From positions 2,340,001 through 2,372,000 of the forward strand of contig NC_006576.1 of assembly GCF_000010065.1 (NCBI RefSeq): DNA of 32,000 nucleotides. The letters run 5' to 3'. This document shows positions 26,390-32,000 of this stretch, one piece after another. A model generated the notes under the pieces. The model was not told the origin of the DNA. It searched no databases and worked only from the letters and a program-made list of their open reading frames with translations. Origin of the DNA: Synechococcus elongatus PCC 6301 (lineage in GTDB: Bacteria > Cyanobacteriota > Cyanobacteriia > Synechococcales > Synechococcaceae). The position numbers and the translations under genes were made by a program. The stretch's first letter is position 1. Each line of letters begins with the position of its first letter.

Positions 26390-28389
26390 CGGCTGCTGTC
26401 TGGTGCCCGCCACGGTTGGGGTTATGCCTGCTGAGCGGCGGCTATCTGATTGCCCTACTGCTGCAGCTAGGCGATCTGCCGCCCGTAGCTGCTTTTGTCG
26501 CGATCACCCTGTTGATTTGGGGACTCATTCGCCAGTGGCAACAGCGATCGCTCTTACCCCAAACGCTGCGCCATGGTCTGACCGCGATCGCCCTGATCTT
26601 GGCGCTGTTGGTGGGCCTTCCTCAGGGGTTGCTCAGTGTCTTCCTCGGGCTGTTGACTCTTGCTTTTGCTCTCAAGTTGTTGGAACTCAAGGAAGAGCGA
26701 GACTACCAAGCACTGGTGTTAATTGCCTACAGTTTGGTGGCTCTGGGTTTTCTGCTCCGCCAAAGTTTGCTGGAAACGCTGGTCTTGCTAATGGCAATCG
26801 CTTTGGCGACCTTGGGATTGGCAGCCCTCTATCGGCCGCTTAGTCGCCCACGCCAGCCCTTTGCAGCTTTGTTGCGACTCCTGGGGCCTGCGATCCCGCT
26901 GTTACTTGTGCTGTTTTTGATTGCCCCACGCTTGCCGCCCCTCTGGGGAGTACCGGTCGGTCAACGGGCCGTGACCGGTTTGAGCGATCGGGTGTCGCCC
27001 GGAGAAATTGCTGACCTCAGCCGCTCCTCGGCCTTGGCCTTTCGCTTCAGCTTCCCCGAGGCATCCCTCCCCAGCGATCGCTTTTACTGGCGGGCAATGG
27101 TCCATGAACTGACGGACGGACGGAGCTGGCAGCCGCTGCCCTACCGTGATCGCTTCGATCCGGGTGAAGTCGCCCCAGAACTGACTGGGGAAGGCGCGAT
27201 TCCCTACACCGTCATTGCCGAGCCGAGTCAGCGCACCTGGCGCTATGCCCTTGAACTCAGTCGGCCAACGAGCGAAGGCATTGTCCTCGATTCGCGCTTC
27301 GAGTTTCGAACCAAGATTCCGCTCAGCCAGCAGAGCCGCTATCAAGGCGTGACTTTTGAGCGCTATCAGGCGGACTTGACGCTTTCAGCGCGCGATCGCC
27401 AGCTCAATTTGCAGCTGCCACCAGGGAGTAATCCCCAAACCCGCGCTTGGGCGCAACGGCTTCGCGATCGCTTCTCGAATGATGATGCCGCGATTGTGCA
27501 GGCCAGCTTGCAGGAGCTCCAACAGCAGGAATTTCGCTATACTCTGCAGCCGCCGCTGCTCACAGCTAACAACAGCATTGATGACTTTCTGTTCCGCAGT
27601 CGGGCGGGCTTTTGCGAACATTACGCCAGCAGTTTTGCCTTTTTGATGCGAGCGGCTGGTCTTCCGGCGCGGGTCGTGACGGGCTATCTCGGGGGGGAGT
27701 GGAATCCGCAGGCCAGTTACTACAGCGTCTTGCAGGCCAATGCCCACGCCTGGACAGAGGTTTGGCTAGAGGGTCAAGGCTGGACTCGGATTGATCCAAC
27801 TGCAGCGATCGCCCCACTGAGACTCAGTGAAGGGCTGGAAGCTGCGTTAACACCGGAAGACCGTGCCCAAGCCGCTGGTGGCCTCCTTGGTGCGGCAGTG
27901 CTGCGCCGTCTGCCACTGCTGGATCAGGCTTGGCAACTCTGGGCTTCAATCGACTACCGCTGGACCTCTTGGGTACTGAGTTACGACAACCAGCGTCAGC
28001 AGGAGATTTTGGCTGCGTTGCTGGCACAGGTAGGACAGGTTGGGCTGTCTCTCTTGCTCGTCGCAACTTTACTGATCGCCGCTGGGTTGATGTGGTGGCT
28101 GTCCCGGTGGTTGGATCAGCGATCATCCGAGGATCCTAGTCTGCGCATCTATCAACAGGCCTGCCGCACGATCGCCAAAGCCGGTTGGCCGCGCTACCCC
28201 CAAGAAGGACCGGCGGCCTATGCTGAGCGGCTGCAACAGCTTCAGCAACCCTGGACCGCGGTCTTCAGTCAGCTCACCCAGCAGTATTTGGCTCAGCGTT
28301 ATGCCCAACAATCGTTGCCTGCCCAGTCCCTGCAGCGATCGCTCCAAGCGCTCCGGCGGAGTTTGCGGGTGAAGACTCGTTCCTCCTAG
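26386..28389 (+). CDS. Transglutaminase-like protease, TgpA/DUF3488 type, polytopic N-terminus
   Basis: ATG 26386 (track ORF begins 26245). Several N-terminal TM helices; transglutaminase core 'RAGFCEHYASSFAFLMRAAGLPARVVTGYLGG', 'ANAHAWTEVWLEGQGWTRIDPT'; C-terminal TM. Confidence 0.93.
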   Translation: MTAAVWCPPRLGLCLLSGGYLIALLLQLGDLPPVAAFVAITLLIWGLIRQWQQRSLLPQTLRHGLTAIALILALLVGLPQGLLSVFLGLLTLAFALKLLELKEERDYQALVLIAYSLVALGFLLRQSLLETLVLLMAIALATLGLAALYRPLSRPRQPFAALLRLLGPAIPLLLVLFLIAPRLPPLWGVPVGQRAVTGLSDRVSPGEIADLSRSSALAFRFSFPEASLPSDRFYWRAMVHELTDGRSWQPLPYRDRFDPGEVAPELTGEGAIPYTVIAEPSQRTWRYALELSRPTSEGIVLDSRFEFRTKIPLSQQSRYQGVTFERYQADLTLSARDRQLNLQLPPGSNPQTRAWAQRLRDRFSNDDAAIVQASLQELQQQEFRYTLQPPLLTANNSIDDFLFRSRAGFCEHYASSFAFLMRAAGLPARVVTGYLGGEWNPQASYYSVLQANAHAWTEVWLEGQGWTRIDPTAAIAPLRLSEGLEAALTPEDRAQAAGGLLGAAVLRRLPLLDQAWQLWASIDYRWTSWVLSYDNQRQQEILAALLAQVGQVGLSLLLVATLLIAAGLMWWLSRWLDQRSSEDPSLRIYQQACRTIAKAGWPRYPQEGPAAYAERLQQLQQPWTAVFSQLTQQYLAQRYAQQSLPAQSLQRSLQALRRSLRVKTRSS

Positions 28390-28465
28390 CGGACTTGTAA
28401 TTACTGGCAGATGGCGTTGCCGCGATCGCGCCTCTAAAATGACTGCGTCCCAAGTGGAGACTCTG

Positions 28466-28846
28466 ATGCTGAGCCAGCGTGAAAAAGATACCCTCATTGC
28501 CCAATCTGCAGGATGGTTGAGCGTCGTCCTCAACTTGGGTTGCAATGGCACCGGCTACATCTACCAACGACGCTGGCGAGCTTTCTGGATCGGGGGATTA
28601 CTCGCTTTTGGCTGTGCCTTCATTGGAGGCGCTGGCGGTGCGGTGTTAGGAACCGCGATCGCCCGTAGTGAAAATTTGACCGATGAGGAGTCGATTGGAG
28701 CTGCAGCCACCCTCGGGCTCGTGGGTGTGTATCTAGGCTTTGGCGGCGTTGGAATTGGGTCTGCTGTTGAAGCGGGTTTGCGAGTCTCGCGGGTGCGGCA
28801 ACAGCTGGAGGCTGCTGAAAAAGCTGAGAGTGAGGGATTGGCCTAG
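28466..28846 (+). CDS. Small hydrophobic membrane protein (TM2-like)
   Basis: ATG 28466 (track ORF begins 28439). 'NLGCNGTGYIYQRRWRAFWIGGLLAFGCAFIGGAGGAVLG'. Confidence 0.7.
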   Translation: MLSQREKDTLIAQSAGWLSVVLNLGCNGTGYIYQRRWRAFWIGGLLAFGCAFIGGAGGAVLGTAIARSENLTDEESIGAAATLGLVGVYLGFGGVGIGSAVEAGLRVSRVRQQLEAAEKAESEGLA

Positions 28847-28947
28847 AACGCTCAGGGCGATCGCCTCAGAAAGCAGACTGACAGGGGCGGGCCGAAAGTT
28901 GATTCGGGCTGAAATGTCAGAATGAGGGCGTCGATCGCCTCAGCCCT

Positions 28948-30348
28948 GTGACCCTCGATTTTGATACTGCCCGTCAGCAGCTAGACGACCTCATTCACCG
29001 TTATCGCGATCGCGCTGATTTTCTGGCGATTCGCCTCGAAGAATCCCAGGCAACGGACATTGCCCTGCGGGGCGATCGCTTTGAAACCCTCAGTGAAAGT
29101 TTGGCGGTGGGTGGTCAGGTTCGGGCTTGCTGGAAAGGCGGTTGGGGCTTCGCCAGTTTCAATCGCCTCAGTCAATTGGAAGAACGACTGCAAGAGGCGA
29201 TCGCGGCGGCTCGCTTGATCGGCACGGAAACCACGGAACTCGCACCGGTTGATCCGGTACGGGCAATTTGGACGGCACCGCTCACAGGGCGATCGCCGGA
29301 CCAAGTGGCGCTGGCAGAGAAGAAGGCGCTCTGCCAGCACTACACCGAGATTTTGCGCAGTGGCGATCGCCGCATTGCCAGTACGAGTGTGCGTTACGGC
29401 GACAGTCACCAGCGGTTGCTGTTGGCAACCTCGGAAGGCACCTTGCTAGAACAGTCTTGGTCAGACTGGGAAATGCGCTTTGCCGCGACAGCTCGCGAGG
29501 GCGATCGCGTTCAGACAGGGCGTGAGACGACTGGCTCGCGGCGCGGCTGGGAAGATCTGCTGGGTCTGGATGGGGCTGTGCAGGGGGCTCGCGATCGGGC
29601 GCTGCAATCGCTTTCGCTGCCGGTTGTGGAAGCGGGGACTTATACGGTCGTTATTGATCCGATCCTGACGGGGCTGTTTGTCCACGAAGCTTTTGGCCAT
29701 CTGTCGGAAGCGGATATGGCCTACGAAAATCCTGAGCTGCTGGAAGTGATGAGCTTAGGCCGTCGCTTTGGCCCAGAGACCCTACAAATTTTTGATGGTG
29801 CCGCCCCTGAGGGACATCGCGGCAGCTATGCCTATGACGATGAAGGTGTTCCCGCTAGCACGACGGCTTTAATTACGGATGGTGTCCTCACAGGGCGCCT
29901 GCATTCTCGGGAAACGGCTGGAAAACTCGGGGAAGCGCCCACCGGCAATGCCCGCTGCTTGGATTTTCACTATCCGCCGATCGTGCGGATGACCAATACT
30001 TGGATTGCGCCGGGAACAACGCCGGCAGCCGATCTGATCCAAGGCATTGAGCAGGGTGTCTTCGCCCGCAATTGGCTGGGTGGCATGACCAATGGTGAGA
30101 TGTTCACCTTCTCGGCGGGCGAGGCTTGGATGATTCGTAATGGTGAGCTGGCGGAGCCGGTGCGTGATGTCACGCTCTCAGGCAATGTGTTCTCGACCCT
30201 AGCGGCGATCGAAGCGATCGGTGATGACTTTGTCTGGGATGAGTCGGGCGGCTGTGGCAAGGGTGGCCAGAGTGGTTTGCCCGTTGGCTGCGGTGGTCCG
30301 AGCCTGCGAATTCGGGATGTCGTCGTCGGTGGCGAAGCGAGTGATTAA
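28948..30348 (+). CDS. TldD/PmbA-family metalloprotease (TldD-type)
   Basis: 466 aa, GTG start. HExxxH-type 'VHEAFGHLSEAD', 'DDEGVPASTTALITDGVLTGRLHSRETA', 'MTNTWIAPGT', 'GGCGKGGQSGLPVGCGGPSLRI'. Confidence 0.92.
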   Translation: MTLDFDTARQQLDDLIHRYRDRADFLAIRLEESQATDIALRGDRFETLSESLAVGGQVRACWKGGWGFASFNRLSQLEERLQEAIAAARLIGTETTELAPVDPVRAIWTAPLTGRSPDQVALAEKKALCQHYTEILRSGDRRIASTSVRYGDSHQRLLLATSEGTLLEQSWSDWEMRFAATAREGDRVQTGRETTGSRRGWEDLLGLDGAVQGARDRALQSLSLPVVEAGTYTVVIDPILTGLFVHEAFGHLSEADMAYENPELLEVMSLGRRFGPETLQIFDGAAPEGHRGSYAYDDEGVPASTTALITDGVLTGRLHSRETAGKLGEAPTGNARCLDFHYPPIVRMTNTWIAPGTTPAADLIQGIEQGVFARNWLGGMTNGEMFTFSAGEAWMIRNGELAEPVRDVTLSGNVFSTLAAIEAIGDDFVWDESGGCGKGGQSGLPVGCGGPSLRIRDVVVGGEASD

Positions 30349-30424
30349 AAAGCGTTCGCGCTAGACGGGACTCTAGGTCAGACGCGAGAATCAGAGATTG
30401 CTGTGTTTGTGATCGCTCTCTCCC

Positions 30425-30895
30425 ATGCCGCAGGTTGTGCTCTATCAGCCCGAAATCCCGCCCAATACCGGCAATATTGCACGCACCTGTGCCGCAACAG
30501 ACACGCCCCTGCATCTGATCGAGCCCTTGGGGTTTGAACTGAGCGATCGCTATCTCAAGCGAGCGGGCCTCGACTACTGGCCTTACGTCCAGCTGACGAC
30601 CCATCCTGATTGGTCCGTATTTCGGCAACAGCAGCAACAGCAGGGCGGCCGACTGATTGCGTTTACAACCAAAGGGGAATTGAACTATCTCGACTGTGAC
30701 TTTCAAGCCACTGATTGGTTGCTGTTTGGGCGAGAAACTAGTGGCCTACCGGAAGATGTTTTGGCCAGCTGTGACCATCGCGTTCGTATCCCCACACCTC
30801 AAGCAGGAGTGCGCAGTTTGAATCTGTCGGTGAGTGTAGCGATCGGATTATTTGAAGCGCGGCGACAAGTTTACTTTGCGACTAATCCTGCCTAG
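30425..30895 (+). CDS. trmL: tRNA (cytidine(34)-2'-O)-methyltransferase, SPOUT family
   Basis: 156 aa. 'LYQPEIPPNTGNIARTCAATDTPLHLIEPLGFELSDRYLKRAGLDYW', 'LLFGRETSGLP', 'NLSVSVAIGLFEARRQ'. Confidence 0.93.
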   Translation: MPQVVLYQPEIPPNTGNIARTCAATDTPLHLIEPLGFELSDRYLKRAGLDYWPYVQLTTHPDWSVFRQQQQQQGGRLIAFTTKGELNYLDCDFQATDWLLFGRETSGLPEDVLASCDHRVRIPTPQAGVRSLNLSVSVAIGLFEARRQVYFATNPA

Positions 30896-30972
30896 TTTGA
30901 GACTATTACAGCGGAGTCTTGGCAACGCTCTCAATGAACTGACTGAGATTGGAGCCATGTTTTAGCCTGAAC

Positions 30973-31653
30973 TTAGGGATAGTCGCGAATCACATAGCCA
31001 ACGCCTCGCACTGTCTGTAAAATTCGTTGCGGATTTGAGGCTTCTAGCTTTAATCGCAATGCTCGAATATAGACTTCAATAATATTAGACTCGCCCATGA
31101 AGTCATACCCCCAAACTTGCTCAAGAATTTGGTCACGGGTAACGACTTGTCGAGCATGTCTTAGGAGAAACTCGAGCAGATCAAACTCCTTAGCTGTCAG
31201 CTCTAGTCGTTGACTCCCTCGATAAACTTCATGGGTTAGACGATGGAGTGATACATCAGCAAACTGCAGGCGATCGGGCTCTTCTGGATTGACCCGACGT
31301 AATTGCGCCTTAACTCGTGCCAGCAGCTCCTCGATGCTGAAGGGCTTTGTGACATAGTCATCAGCCCCTGAGTTTAACCCCGAAACGCGATCGGAAATTT
31401 CATCCTTAGCTGTCAATAAAATGATTGGTGTTTGAACACCAGTCGATCGTAGCCTCAAGCAGATATCAACTCCAGAAAGAGTTGGTAACATCCAGTCCAG
31501 AATGAGTAAATCGGGTTGAATACTTCTTGCTAAAGATAGACCGTCTAGACCGTTGTTGGCAACTGTTACTTGATAGCCTTCTAAGCTGAGTTCTTGCTCA
31601 ACAAACAGCAGAAGCTTCGGGTCATCCTCAATGAGCAAAATATGATTGTTCAT
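30973..31653 (-). CDS. Two-component response regulator, OmpR/PhoB family
   Basis: 226 aa. Receiver 'LIEDDPKLLLFVE', 'DLLILDWMLPTLSG', 'LLTAKDE'; winged helix 'LTAKEFDLLEFLLRHARQVVTRDQILEQVWGYDF', 'VEVYIRALRLKLE'-type, 'TVRGVGYVIRD'. Confidence 0.95.
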   Translation of the reverse strand: MNNHILLIEDDPKLLLFVEQELSLEGYQVTVANNGLDGLSLARSIQPDLLILDWMLPTLSGVDICLRLRSTGVQTPIILLTAKDEISDRVSGLNSGADDYVTKPFSIEELLARVKAQLRRVNPEEPDRLQFADVSLHRLTHEVYRGSQRLELTAKEFDLLEFLLRHARQVVTRDQILEQVWGYDFMGESNIIEVYIRALRLKLEASNPQRILQTVRGVGYVIRDYP

Positions 31654-32000
31654 GGCAAGGATTCCCAGTTGGGTAAGATGATGGTGAAAGTACTGCCTTC
31701 CCCTAGTTTAGACCGCAGCGTAATTTTGCCCTGCATGCCTTCAATCAAGCTTTTGGCAATTGCTAATCCTAGCCCAGTTCCATCACGCGATCGTGTCATG
31801 GCTTCATCCACTCGGTAAAATCGCTCAAAAATGCGACTTTGGTGAGCAAGAGGAATTCCTACTCCTTGATCGATTATGTGAATTAAGGTCTGTTGATTAG
31901 ACTGCTCTAAATTAATGTAGACCACTTGATCTTGATTCGAATATTTGGCTGCGTTATCTAGCAGATTGATCAAAGCTTGCTCTAAACGATTTTGATCAGC
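31650..32000 (-). CDS. Sensor histidine kinase, C-terminal HATPase part (runs off right edge)
   Basis: Frame is open to base 32000; visible 'ADQNRLEQALINLLDNAAKYSNQDQ', 'IIDQGVGIPLAHQSRIFERFYR', 'GTGLGLAIAKSL', 'LGEGSTFTI' (N, G1, F, G2 boxes). Confidence 0.95.
   Translation of the reverse strand, partial: ADQNRLEQALINLLDNAAKYSNQDQVVYINLEQSNQQTLIHIIDQGVGIPLAHQSRIFERFYRVDEAMTRSRDGTGLGLAIAKSLIEGMQGKITLRSKLGEGSTFTIILPNWESLP

Noticed and set aside
26902-27345. 147-aa ORF antisense to the transglutaminase gene
   Set aside because: One of several frame artefacts opposite a long G/C-rich ORF.
24462-28389. Reading MoxR-DUF58-transglutaminase as a defence system
   Set aside because: MoxR ATPases occur in some defence-like ternary systems, but this transglutaminase-linked operon is a widespread housekeeping arrangement and no nuclease or effector is adjacent.

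Overview
This 32 kb window reads as ordinary, densely coding cyanobacterial chromosome. The HIP1 octamer GCGATCGC is very frequent and the gene content includes psbU, Gun4, labA and cyanobacterial-type leuC/argJ/nadB, so it resembles Synechococcus elongatus; the species call is inference. I can support about 29 complete or near-complete CDSs and two edge fragments. They are: two tandem GT4-type glycosyltransferases (the second double-domain), dcd, a cupin-fold protein, leuC, a metallophosphoesterase, argJ, a 2OG-Fe(II) oxygenase, a LivM/LivG-type ABC pair, trhO, labA, a small membrane protein, a GH57/DUF1957 protein, a SAM methyltransferase plus GT4 pair, recJ, a HAD phosphatase, an rfaE2-like nucleotidyltransferase, gun4, psbU, nadB, a 68-aa membrane protein, a MoxR/DUF58/transglutaminase operon, a small membrane protein, a TldD-family protease, trmL, and a response regulator with a histidine kinase running off the edge. 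I saw no convincing mobile element, CRISPR array, rRNA or tRNA, and no unmistakable new defence or biosynthetic system. The items most worth following up are (1) labA translationally overlapped with trhO, (2) a heptose-adenylyltransferase-like gene overlapped with a HAD phosphatase upstream and gun4 downstream, (3) a perfect 26-bp palindrome between convergent genes, (4) two A/T-richer glycosyltransferase blocks, and (5) an ATGA-coupled MoxR-DUF58-transglutaminase operon.
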